Shown here piece after piece: positions 29,373 through 37,729 of a stretch of 64,000 nt of DNA. The stretch is from Candidatus Zambryskibacteria bacterium RIFCSPHIGHO2_01_FULL_43_25. GTDB lineage: Bacteria > Patescibacteriota > Minisyncoccia > Phycocordibacterales > Zambryskibacteraceae. The notes beneath the pieces are model-generated. The model worked only from the letters and a program-made list of their open reading frames with translations, had not been told where the DNA came from and did not search any database. The stretch spans positions 2,445 to 66,444 of the forward strand of contig MHVD01000015.1 in the NCBI GenBank assembly GCA_001823695.1, given 5' to 3'. Positions within the stretch are counted from its first letter, which is position 1. The number at the start of each line of letters is the position of its first letter. Position numbers and translations under genes: made by a program.

Positions 29373-29624
29373 ATGACCAAATTTTCTGAAAAAGTTTACA
29401 GTGTGGTATCAAAAATCCCAAAAGGGAAGACCCTAACGTACAAACAGGTTGCCCGTCTTGCCGGCAGGCCGAAAGCTTATAGAGCAGTAGGCAATATTTT
29501 AAATAAAAATACCAGCTCCAAAATTCCATGCCACAGAGTTATTCGTTCTGACGGCAAGATTGGAGGATACAGATGGGGAAGCCAGAAGAAAAAAGAAATA
29601 CTCAAAAAAGAAAAAGTTATATAG
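29373..29624 (+). CDS. MGMT family alkyltransferase (DNA-binding/catalytic domain only)
   Basis: IPKGKTLTY, RAVG and IPCHRV motifs. Confidence 0.9.
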   Translation: MTKFSEKVYSVVSKIPKGKTLTYKQVARLAGRPKAYRAVGNILNKNTSSKIPCHRVIRSDGKIGGYRWGSQKKKEILKKEKVI

Positions 29625-29685
29625 CTTTTAACTCCTCATTTATCTTCTATATTTGTTGTTTTCTAATACTCAACCAACTATTTTC

Positions 29686-29955
29686 CTATTCGATCGAATT
29701 AGAGATGTGTTTGACGATGGGGTGAGTATTATTCGATGGGGAATACCACATCTGGAGACTTTTCTGTTCTCGGTCAACAATTCCAGCAGAATATAAAACT
29801 CCCAAATGTTTGGAAGTTGCTGTAAACGATAGTTTGATAGTATCAGCAATATCTCCAACCATTACCTTCTTTTTCTTTTTTAGGATTTTAATGATCTGAA
29901 GCCTCCTTCTGTTGGCCAGAGCTTTTAATATCTTTTCAGCTTCTTTTTCTATCAT
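29686..29955 (-). CDS. ArsR/SmtB family regulator flanked by two type D sites
   Basis: LKALANRRRL, LSFTATSKHL; paralog of 17554-17835. Confidence 0.88.
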   Translation of the reverse strand: MIEKEAEKILKALANRRRLQIIKILKKKKKVMVGDIADTIKLSFTATSKHLGVLYSAGIVDREQKSLQMWYSPSNNTHPIVKHISNSIE

Positions 29956-29969
29956 ACAATCATAATAAA

Positions 29970-30001
29970 CTATTTTCTAATTCGTACAAATTAGAAAATA
30001 G
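29970..30001. repeat. type D 13-6-13 palindrome
   Basis: CTATTTTCTAATT-CGTACA-AATTAGAAAATAG. Confidence 0.8.
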
Positions 30002-30065
30002 TGTATATGTTAGCTATGACTAGTTGCCGAACCAGCATTAGTGATTGTTTTTTAAGGCAACCAGT

Positions 30066-30257
30066 TTACATCCTAGACTTTACAAGTGTGGACAGTTCAT
30101 TTATGTGGGCTTCTTTGTCTGCGGTCATTTTTTGCCAGAAGGCGAGCACTTCTGCGTCTCCCTCGGCGTCTTTGAGATATTCGTCTTTTATGCGCCAGAG
30201 ACTTCTGTTTTCAACTGTAAGCTGAAGCAGGAGGTTGTATAAATTATTTTTGAGCAT
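30066..30257 (-). CDS. small helical protein (possibly half ferritin-like)
   Basis: MLKNNLYNLLLQLTVENRSLWRIKDEY...DKEAHINEL. Confidence 0.6.
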   Translation of the reverse strand: MLKNNLYNLLLQLTVENRSLWRIKDEYLKDAEGDAEVLAFWQKMTADKEAHINELSTLVKSRM

Positions 30258-30388
30258 TTTGCAAAAGCTAGCTAATAATGATTGATTATATAACAAATCT
30301 CGTGCGAGATATTGGTTCCGCATGATGTGGGGCCGGTTTCTAATGGGGCGATGAAAGCATCAAAAAAAGCGAAAAGTCTCAAAAACCC

Positions 30389-30428
30389 ATTGGTATAATA
30401 AATAACGATCGTTATTTATTATACCAAT
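30389..30428. repeat. 40 bp perfect palindrome (type B)
   Basis: ATTGGTATAATAAATAACGA|TCGTTATTTATTATACCAAT; identical core at 35049 and 58915. Confidence 0.92.
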
Positions 30429-30560
30429 CCGGAAATTCAAAAAAAGTGATGGCAAGAGGGAGAGTGAATTGGGGAAAATCAATGAAATCTTACAACGGGA
30501 CAAATGAAAAAGCGGGGCCGAGTTTGCTCATCGGCCCCGCTATGGGGAGTGAATGACGAG

Positions 30561-30926
30561 TCAGTCCCCAACGCGTTTGTCGTATCTGATCGTACGGTCG
30601 AAGGCATCATCTTCATTTACATCCTCGACCAGTTGACGGACTCTTTCCGTCTGCTGGTCTGGTCTCGATGCCTTCCTGCCGGACCGTTGAGGCCTGGGCG
30701 ACCTCCGCACCTGACTTATTGGTGGGTCGGTGGCCTTCTGCCCAGCGGTCATAATGCGCCTCTTGAACTCCTTGAGGCTTTCCTTGGGGCCCCTGTACAT
30801 CTCGTAGTACTCGTTCCAGGCCCTGTACCCGGCGGTTTGGTAGTCACCCTCCCGCTTGATCTCAAGGACTCTCCTATCGATCGCGGAACGGATTTCAACC
30901 TCGGCCATACCCTTGATGTTGGCCAT
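30561..30926 (-). CDS. hypothetical GC-rich accessory protein
   Basis: GAGAGG RBS, TTGACT-N17-TACAAT promoter, terminator hairpin at about 30507-30541. Confidence 0.7.
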   Translation of the reverse strand: MANIKGMAEVEIRSAIDRRVLEIKREGDYQTAGYRAWNEYYEMYRGPKESLKEFKRRIMTAGQKATDPPISQVRRSPRPQRSGRKASRPDQQTERVRQLVEDVNEDDAFDRTIRYDKRVGD

Positions 30927-31093
30927 TGTTCCTCTCCCGTGAACAATGTGAGACGACGTACGCCTTCTAATGTTTATTGTAGCATATTAGATATTAAAAG
31001 TCAATATAAAGTGTGGAAAAATTAGAAATATAGCTCTACGTAAGGGTTTTTTACAGGTAAAAAATTTTCGCATAGCTTATCCAGCCAAAACTA

Positions 31094-31131
31094 AAAACAT
31101 TCTCATATTCTTAAGAATATGAGAATGTTTT
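31094..31131. repeat. 38 bp perfect palindrome
   Basis: AAAACATTCTCATATTCTT|AAGAATATGAGAATGTTTT. Confidence 0.85.
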
Positions 31132-31144
31132 ATTTCTGAATTTA

Positions 31145-31591
31145 TTAAAACAATGAATCAACGATATCTTTGATATCTTTGCCATCAGCTTTGCCTTTAA
31201 GCTCTTTGGCGATTGCACCCATAAGCATTCCTATTTTTGAAGGGTCTGTTATACCGAGTTCGTTTTTCTTCTTTTGGGCGATTGGTAATATTTCATCTTT
31301 GGACATCATTTTTGGGGCGTATTCTTCAAGGATTGCCAATTCCTTCTTTTCTTCATCTACCAAATCCTGACGGCCGCCTTTCTCAAACTGTTCAATTGAA
31401 TCTTTGTGCTGTTTTATACTGCGCATAATGACGGCAACTGCTTCGTCATCAGCGAGCTTCTCTGTTGGCTTCCTTCGTTTGGCGACAAGTTCGTTTGTAA
31501 ATGCTGCCAGAAGACCTCGCAGGGTATTGAGCCGGACTGTATCGCGGGCTTTCATAACCGCGGCTATTTCTTGTTGGATTTTGTCGTGCAT
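31145..31591 (-). CDS. GatB/YqeY domain protein
   Basis: MKARD, KQHKDSIEQFEKGGRQDL, GKADG. Confidence 0.92.
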   Translation of the reverse strand: MHDKIQQEIAAVMKARDTVRLNTLRGLLAAFTNELVAKRRKPTEKLADDEAVAVIMRSIKQHKDSIEQFEKGGRQDLVDEEKKELAILEEYAPKMMSKDEILPIAQKKKNELGITDPSKIGMLMGAIAKELKGKADGKDIKDIVDSLF

Positions 31592-31669
31592 GATAATTTC
31601 ATTATAACTAATAACAAACAACCTACAACTTACAACAAAAAACAAAAGACGAAAAACTAAACATTATTA

Positions 31670-31699
31670 TATTTGATATTTTGCGCAAAATATCAAATA
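31670..31699. repeat. type C palindrome, second copy
   Basis: TATTTGATATTTTGC|GCAAAATATCAAATA. Confidence 0.9.
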
Positions 31700-31757
31700 G
31701 ATAAGGTAAAAAATAAACGAAGTTTAGTTAACTATGCAAAGCCGGACTTTGCATAAA

Positions 31758-31946
31758 CTAAAATTCTCCCAATAAGGTATAAGCTACAACCATAGCCAGT
31801 AATACTAAAATCCCCGCTAACTCTGGTTTAATACCAATTCTGAACGTTTCTTTACCCTGCATATTACAAAGAATTAAAACAAAAATGTGCCATATACCAA
31901 CTAAACTAAAAAATATAACGGTATTTTGTAGAACGTGGCTAATCAT
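31758..31946 (-). CDS. small two-TM protein
   Basis: 62 aa hydrophobic ORF coupled by an ATGA overlap to the upstream ORF. Confidence 0.5.
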   Translation of the reverse strand: MISHVLQNTVIFFSLVGIWHIFVLILCNMQGKETFRIGIKPELAGILVLLAMVVAYTLLGEF

Positions 31947-32089
31947 TTATCTAACTTTCTAAGTATCTCTATCTGCTTAGCTAATATAACCGCCAATATA
32001 AAAACTATAAACCATTGTGATGTTTCTTGAATATAGAGAAAGCCAAGAATCACTACAACCGCAAACCAAGCTATTGGATATTTATTCAT
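31943..32089 (-). CDS. 48 aa small two-TM protein
   Basis: Manual translation MNKYPIAWFAVVVILGFLYIQETSQWFIVFILAVILAKQIEILRKLDK*. Confidence 0.5.
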   Translation of the reverse strand: MNKYPIAWFAVVVILGFLYIQETSQWFIVFILAVILAKQIEILRKLDK

Positions 32090-32101
32090 AATTAAATTAT
32101 A

Positions 32102-32674
32102 TCACTCTTCATCAATAACAAACTGGTACTCATAATTCAAGCGGGTATCAGTTGAGGAAGTATTTTCTCTAGGAACAATATTTATAAGAGTTACTCTAAA
32201 GTTTTTTCTATAGATATCTATAACACGCGAGTTATTGGGAGAGGTCTGGTAGAAAGTAAACAAGTCCTTTTCCTTAGGTTCTAATTGGTATGAATATGCA
32301 GAACCACTACTCTGTGGAGCCATTTCATCTGGCAATTGAGAAAAAGCCATATTTCTAACTAAAGTTATTTGATGGGCAGGGTCAGGATTTTCAAAGGTCT
32401 TAAATGGTCTTAATGTCCCACCTCCCAACTGAATAACATTTGTTTCCTGCGGATATCCTCTTAGAAATATACTTGCTGTAAAGTCAGAGGTTAAAGGTTT
32501 TCCAAGAGGATTATCAACCCAGCCAAAACGGACAAAGACACCATAAATTGCAGCAAAAAAAAGCAATGCAATACCTATTCCCCGCAAGGCTTTTAGTAGG
32601 GCAAAATACCATTTACCCAACTTTAAGTCCTTTATTATACCACCAAGTGTTTTTTCAGGGTCAAATTCACCCAT
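32102..32674 (-). CDS. hypothetical membrane-anchored protein (AT-rich)
   Basis: 190 aa ORF with one TM helix. Confidence 0.65.
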   Translation of the reverse strand: MGEFDPEKTLGGIIKDLKLGKWYFALLKALRGIGIALLFFAAIYGVFVRFGWVDNPLGKPLTSDFTASIFLRGYPQETNVIQLGGGTLRPFKTFENPDPAHQITLVRNMAFSQLPDEMAPQSSGSAYSYQLEPKEKDLFTFYQTSPNNSRVIDIYRKNFRVTLINIVPRENTSSTDTRLNYEYQFVIDEE

Positions 32675-32804
32675 AAGGAGTAGTAACCCTACTATAATAG
32701 CAAAAAAATAAACTACTTATTACAGTGGTATAAGTACAAAAAAATAAAAGCTAAGTAGCCAACAAGCTAGAAAGCTTATAAGCTAGTCTGTTATAATAGA
32801 CCAA

Positions 32805-33884
32805 ATGCAGACGATTCTCATTGTTCTAATAGTTTTTTTGGTCCTTCTTTCGGGGGCGCTTTTTTGGTTACTTTTTCGCGGACACAGAAAAGAGAATGGG
32901 CAAGATGGGATGGTGCTTCTACAGAACCAATTTAACGACCTTATACGAACCATAGACAGCAAACTGGGCGAATCACGCAAGGAAATGAGCGAGGCCGTTA
33001 AACACCAATTTAGCGAATCCCAGCGGCTCATAAGAGAGATAAATGAGGAAGTTAGCAAGAATCTTCTTGAGGTTGCCAAAGAACAGACCAAAGCAAATGA
33101 AGCCACGCGTCAGTTTGTGACAATTGCGGAACAATTGGCGAATTTGGAAAAGGTTTTGAAGCATCAGAAACAAAGAGGGAATCTGGGCGAGGCATCGCTC
33201 AAGCTCATTCTTGAAAATATACTGCCGCCAACTTCTTTCAAAATGCAGTATGAGTTTCCCGGCGGCGATGTCGTGGACGCGGTGATTATCACAAAAGACG
33301 GATTTATACCGATAGATGCCAAATTCTCGCTGGATAATTATCAGCGGGTTACGCAGGCAGTTGATGAAAATCAGAGGGAAGAGCTAGAAAAAGAATTCAG
33401 GAACGATTTGAAAAAGAGGATTGACGAAACCTCCAAGTATGTGCGGCCCAGCGACGGCACATTGCCATTTGCCTTTATGTATATTCCAGCGGAGGCGATC
33501 TACTACGACCTGCTTATAAACGAAGTTGGGGCGGTGAAAGTGAATACCCGCAACCTGATTGACTACGCTTACAATGAAAGGAAAGTGATTATCGTGTCGC
33601 CGACAACTTTCGCGGCGTATCTGCAATCAGTTTTGTATGGATTTAGAGCGTTCAAGATTGAAGAGAGCGCAAAGGACATAATGAAGCGGGTAGGGGAACT
33701 GGGCAGGCATCTCAAAGCGCACGATGACTATATGGGCAAACTAGGCAGTTCAATATCAACAACTGTAAACCATTACAATGCCGCTTATAAAGAGCTTGGA
33801 AAGATAGACAAGGATGTGGTTCGCATCACGGGAGAATCTCCGGGGATAGAGCCAGTAGTGCTGGATAGGCCTAGCACGGAATAA
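32805..33884 (+). CDS. rmuC: DNA recombination protein RmuC
   Basis: RGNLGE, PIDAKF, FAFMYIPAE and SPTT motifs. Confidence 0.93.
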   Translation: MQTILIVLIVFLVLLSGALFWLLFRGHRKENGQDGMVLLQNQFNDLIRTIDSKLGESRKEMSEAVKHQFSESQRLIREINEEVSKNLLEVAKEQTKANEATRQFVTIAEQLANLEKVLKHQKQRGNLGEASLKLILENILPPTSFKMQYEFPGGDVVDAVIITKDGFIPIDAKFSLDNYQRVTQAVDENQREELEKEFRNDLKKRIDETSKYVRPSDGTLPFAFMYIPAEAIYYDLLINEVGAVKVNTRNLIDYAYNERKVIIVSPTTFAAYLQSVLYGFRAFKIEESAKDIMKRVGELGRHLKAHDDYMGKLGSSISTTVNHYNAAYKELGKIDKDVVRITGESPGIEPVVLDRPSTE

Positions 33885-33928
33885 AGAATCAGGAATAAAG
33901 AATACAAAAAGAGAAGCAATCTTAATTG

Positions 33929-33966
33929 ACAACATACTAACAAACTTAAGTTTGTTAGTATGTTGT
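33929..33966. repeat. 38 bp perfect palindrome
   Basis: ACAACATACTAACAAACTT|AAGTTTGTTAGTATGTTGT. Confidence 0.85.
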
Positions 33967-34018
33967 ATTTGTGATGTAGTTATATAAAAAGAAACCCGCC
34001 TCTCTAGTCGGAGGCGGG

Positions 34019-34129
34019 TCAGCTCCGATTTCTTTTCTCCGGCTTGAACCTGATGGCTACAACGATGGCAACAACAGCAACAGCTGCGGTGCCGCAGATG
34101 ACGAGAATGGACACTGTGTCGGCGGACAT
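34019..34129 (-). CDS. 36 aa single-TM microprotein
   Basis: Manual translation MSADTVSILVICGTAAVAVVAIVVAIRFKPEKRNRS*; AAGGTG RBS, TTGACA promoter at about 34200, terminator at 33986-34019. Confidence 0.6.
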   Translation of the reverse strand: MSADTVSILVICGTAAVAVVAIVVAIRFKPEKRNRS

Positions 34130-34283
34130 CGTTCACCTTGTTGTTGTGAGTGGGTTCTATGTTTCCAAAAGTATAATAGCATACTAAATATATATTTGTC
34201 AAATCTAAAACATGATCTCATAAAATACAGCTTTCACACTTGCTTTAGTAAGTATTATCCAGTAATATATTGCCTCGTATGGT

Positions 34284-34426
34284 CCCGTAAGAAACCCTGC
34301 CTGTGCAGGCAGGCGCGGTCACGGTTTCAGTTGGAACTGAATAATAGGCATGTCTTATAAGGGGTATAATATTTACAAATATAATTTTTAGCAGGGTGCG
34401 GCTGACCGCGACCTGTTTCTAACGGG
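34284..34426. mobile_element. 143 bp element abutting the rplU start codon
   Basis: ATGGT|CCCGTAAGAAAC...GTTTCTAACGGG|ATGGC; inner CGCGGTCA/TGACCGCG stem. Confidence 0.68.
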
Positions 34427-34837
34427 ATGGCAGATAAAAAAGAAACTATCAAAAAAGCTACAAGTGCTCCTAAAAAGAGCTCGGCTAAAGTTGTGGCAAA
34501 AGAAAAACCTGCGACCAAGGGTGGGAAGGTGGAATCGGCTGTTATATTTACAGGAGGCAAGCAATATATCGTTTCGTCAGGAGACAGATTGAAGATTGAA
34601 AAGATAAAAGGGGATTATAAAGAGGGCGACAAGGTGAAGTTTGATAAAGTATTACTTACCGTAAATGGCGGTAAAGCGACACTGGGCAACCCCTTTATTT
34701 CCGGCGCGTCAGTTTCGGCGACAATTTCAAAGATAGGAAAAGCCAAGAAGGTTACGGTTATAAAATATAAACAAAAAAGCCGATATTTCAAAAAGCGAGG
34801 ACACAGGCAGCCATTTTTTGAAGTTGTGATTGACTAG
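34427..34837 (+). CDS. rplU: 50S ribosomal protein L21 (Lys/Ala-rich N-terminal extension)
   Basis: TGGKQY and KRGHRQPF motifs. Confidence 0.95.
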   Translation: MADKKETIKKATSAPKKSSAKVVAKEKPATKGGKVESAVIFTGGKQYIVSSGDRLKIEKIKGDYKEGDKVKFDKVLLTVNGGKATLGNPFISGASVSATISKIGKAKKVTVIKYKQKSRYFKKRGHRQPFFEVVID

Positions 34838-34872
34838 CGTTAAAGAACTAATTTTGATTTGGGGAAAATTGG

Positions 34873-34914
34873 AATCATCACATATTTTTGCTATAGCAAA
34901 AATATGTGATGATT
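34873..34914. repeat. 42 bp perfect palindrome
   Basis: AATCATCACATATTTTTGCTA|TAGCAAAAATATGTGATGATT. Confidence 0.85.
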
Positions 34915-35048
34915 TTCCTAACTAGGAAATTTCGCATTAGGGCATCCTATCCAAGGGCGACATCGTTTAATTGTATTAGCCGCCAAGAGGGTGAAGAGGA
35001 GCTTATTGTGTAACTGCGGAAAATCCCCAGTCTCCAATAAATTGTTAA

Positions 35049-35084
35049 TGGTATAATAAATAACGATCGTTATTTATTATACCA
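35049..35084. repeat. type B palindrome, second copy
   Basis: TGGTATAATAAATAACGA|TCGTTATTTATTATACCA. Confidence 0.92.
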
Positions 35085-35136
35085 ATTAGAAAAACGTCAA
35101 AATTTAAGGAAACGTCAAGATTCTGTTATTAAGAAA

Positions 35137-35760
35137 TCAATGCCTGTTTTTAAGGGCGTTCTCCAGGGTGTCCGGGTCAGAATATTCAAGTTCGGTGCCG
35201 GTGGAAAGCCCCCGGCCGAGAGTTGAGAGGGTAATTTTGTGCTTTTTAGCTATCGGCGCAAGCAATCCCTGCAAGTATCTCGCGGTATTGTCTCCTTCGG
35301 CGTTTACATTCATTGCAAGAATTATTTCTTTCAATCCGCTTTCTCCGACGGTATGTTTTTCAATCACTTTTTTTAACTCACTTTCCCGGATTTTCTTATT
35401 TGGCTCCTTTTCCAAAATGGGCACAGTTCCGCCGAGCACAAAGTAAAATCCCTTAAAAAGACCGGTTTTTTCCACACTTTCAAAGTCAATATCTCGGGCG
35501 ACAATCATCAGAATTCCTCTGTCCCGATTTTTATCTCGGCATATTGGGCATGTGGGGGAGTTTCCTTTCTCTTTCGTAAAAAAACGGAAACAGGTATCGC
35601 AGGAAATAATATCAGAGCCGAGCTCGGTAAGGGTTTTAACAAGTTCGCCTCTAAGACCGGAATTGCGCGATATTAAAAAGTAAACAAGGCGCCTGGCCTG
35701 TCTTGGGCCGATACCGGGAAATTCCGAAAATAATTTGGCTAGTCTTTCTATACTGTTCAT
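35137..35760 (-). CDS. recR: recombination protein RecR
   Basis: FPGIGPRQARR, C4 zinc finger, EGDNTA and GTELEY motifs. Confidence 0.93.
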   Translation of the reverse strand: MNSIERLAKLFSEFPGIGPRQARRLVYFLISRNSGLRGELVKTLTELGSDIISCDTCFRFFTKEKGNSPTCPICRDKNRDRGILMIVARDIDFESVEKTGLFKGFYFVLGGTVPILEKEPNKKIRESELKKVIEKHTVGESGLKEIILAMNVNAEGDNTARYLQGLLAPIAKKHKITLSTLGRGLSTGTELEYSDPDTLENALKNRH

Positions 35761-35761
35761 C

Positions 35762-36073
35762 TCATCTTTTCTTCTCCCATCTGTCCTTGTCCCTGCCGTA
35801 ACACTTATCCATGACTTTTTTAAAACTATCATCCAGGTCTACCTTATGTGAATTCGCCAGACAAATGATGGTAAAAATTATATCGCCCATTTCATCAGCC
35901 ATTTCTTTCTTGTCTTCAGAAGATTTTTTCTTCTTTGGACCGTAAATGTGATTTAATTCTCTAGCTAATTCGCCAACCTCTTCTGTTAATCTGGCTAAAA
36001 TTTCTAACGGCTTAAAATACTCAACTTTGTATTGTTTTACCCAATCATCTACTTGTTTCTGTAAATTGTTCAT
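35762..36073 (-). CDS. MazG-like nucleotide pyrophosphohydrolase (YpjD type)
   Basis: RLTEEVGELARE and EMGD motifs. Confidence 0.9.
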   Translation of the reverse strand: MNNLQKQVDDWVKQYKVEYFKPLEILARLTEEVGELARELNHIYGPKKKKSSEDKKEMADEMGDIIFTIICLANSHKVDLDDSFKKVMDKCYGRDKDRWEKKR

Positions 36074-36125
36074 TTTTTATGTTTTGTGTTTGAAAGAAAA
36101 GCTAATCAGCTGATTAGCTAGAAAG

Positions 36126-37505
36126 CTATAATGTCTCAAACTCCTGTTCGGCTCCGCCGAAGTCGGATTTCTCAACACTTTGGAATGTCACCTTTTTATC
36201 ATTGAAGAAAAGGGTAACTTTGCCAGTCTCGCCGTTTCTGTGCTTTTCAATCAATATTTCCGCAATATTTGTTTTTTCCGATTCTTCTTTGTACCTGTCT
36301 TCTCTATGTATAAACATAACGACATCAGCGTCTTGTTCAATAGAACCGGAGTCTCTCAAGTCCGAAAGGCGGGGCCTGCCGCCGCGGCTCTCTATTGCGC
36401 GGGAAAGCTGGGAGAGCGCCAGCACAGGGATATCGAGCTCTCTTGCCAAGTTTTTAAGAGAACGGGATATCTCCGTAACTTGCTGAACCAAAGTGTCTTG
36501 GTTGCGCGATTGGGTGGGGAGCATCAGCTGAAGATAATCTACAACCACCAGCCCCAGCCCTTTCTCGCTTTTGAGCCGGCGAGCAACGGAACGCATCTTG
36601 AGAATATTATTTCCGGGCTGGTCATCTATGAAAATCGGCGCTTGAGAGAGCTTGTCCAGCGACTGCCGGATAGCGGCAAACTCATCTTCTCTGGTGAGTT
36701 TTCCTGTACGCAATTTCCAAGCATCCACGTTTGACTGAGCGGCAAGCATTCTGTCCACAAGCTGTTGGGAGCTCATTTCCAGAGAGAATATTGCCACGGG
36801 AGTGTTATGATTTACAGCAGTTTGCCTGATGATATCTAAGGCCAGCGAAGTCTTTCCCATTGAAGGTCTGGACGCCAGAATTATTAAATCGGATTTTTGA
36901 AAACCGGAAAGCTTACTGTCAAGCTCGGGGAAACCGGTGGGAATGCCCCGAAGACCGCTTTTCGCGTTGTGGAGCCGGTCCAGTCTCTCCCAGGCCTCTG
37001 CCAGTTCATCTTTCAATTCTCTGACGGAAAAAACGCTTCCGCTTGAAGTGACGTCGTAGATTTTTTTCTCGGCTTTATCCAAAACTTCTTCCAGATCGTG
37101 GGCTTCCTCAAAACCCAAAGCGCCGATATATTCGGAAGCTTCAATAAGGCGACGCATCATGTGCTTTTTCTGCACTATTTCCGCATAGTGCTTCAAGTTT
37201 GAGGAAGTCGGCACCATATGGACAACCTCCGTAAGGTAGCTTCCTCCGCCGATTTGCTCCAAAAGGCCTTTTTCTTTCAGACGCTGGGAGAGAGAAAGGA
37301 AATCTATCGGATTGTGTTTGGCGAAGAGCTCAAGCATCGTTTCAAAGATGATGCCGTTTTTTTCCGAATAAAAAGATTTCGGCGAGGCAAGGTCGATTAT
37401 CTCGTAGAGGCCGTCGGGGCGAAGCATTATTGACCCCAGAAGAGCCATTTCTGCTTCAATGCTTTGCGGAGGTATTCGTAATTTTTCTTTGGAGACTCCC
37501 GCCAT
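36126..37505 (-). CDS. dnaB: replicative DNA helicase
   Basis: RPSMGKT, DYLQL, SQLSR and DLRDSGSIEQDAD motifs. Confidence 0.97.
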   Translation of the reverse strand: MAGVSKEKLRIPPQSIEAEMALLGSIMLRPDGLYEIIDLASPKSFYSEKNGIIFETMLELFAKHNPIDFLSLSQRLKEKGLLEQIGGGSYLTEVVHMVPTSSNLKHYAEIVQKKHMMRRLIEASEYIGALGFEEAHDLEEVLDKAEKKIYDVTSSGSVFSVRELKDELAEAWERLDRLHNAKSGLRGIPTGFPELDSKLSGFQKSDLIILASRPSMGKTSLALDIIRQTAVNHNTPVAIFSLEMSSQQLVDRMLAAQSNVDAWKLRTGKLTREDEFAAIRQSLDKLSQAPIFIDDQPGNNILKMRSVARRLKSEKGLGLVVVDYLQLMLPTQSRNQDTLVQQVTEISRSLKNLARELDIPVLALSQLSRAIESRGGRPRLSDLRDSGSIEQDADVVMFIHREDRYKEESEKTNIAEILIEKHRNGETGKVTLFFNDKKVTFQSVEKSDFGGAEQEFETL

Positions 37506-37614
37506 CGTGCACACATATTATCACAGGGCAGGGAAGCGCGACAAAGGCTGTTTTACTGCACAAGCTGTGGGGAAGGTGGGGACAAATAAGAATTAGGAAT
37601 AAGGAATTAAGAAT

Positions 37615-37636
37615 GACCTGTTTCTAACGGGATGAA
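37615..37636 (+). repeat. orphan right end of the start-codon element
   Basis: GACCTGTTTCTAACGGGATG, identical to the rplU junction; only a 4-codon ORF follows. Confidence 0.65.
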
Positions 37637-37729
37637 AACAAATTAGCTTTTAAGTGCTTGCCCATTCAAGTTTTACGAAGCAAAAATTGTTTGGGTCAGC
37701 TGTCAGCTATCAGTCCGTCAGTTGACGGA

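Noticed and set aside
30630..30640. Partial CAGTTGACGGA match to the micro-palindrome
   Set aside because: Only 11 nt and not palindromic here; could be chance.
28432..35084. CRISPR array suggested by recurring ~32-40 bp palindromes
   Set aside because: The repeats belong to different families, are separated by hundreds to thousands of bases containing genes, and no cas genes are present.
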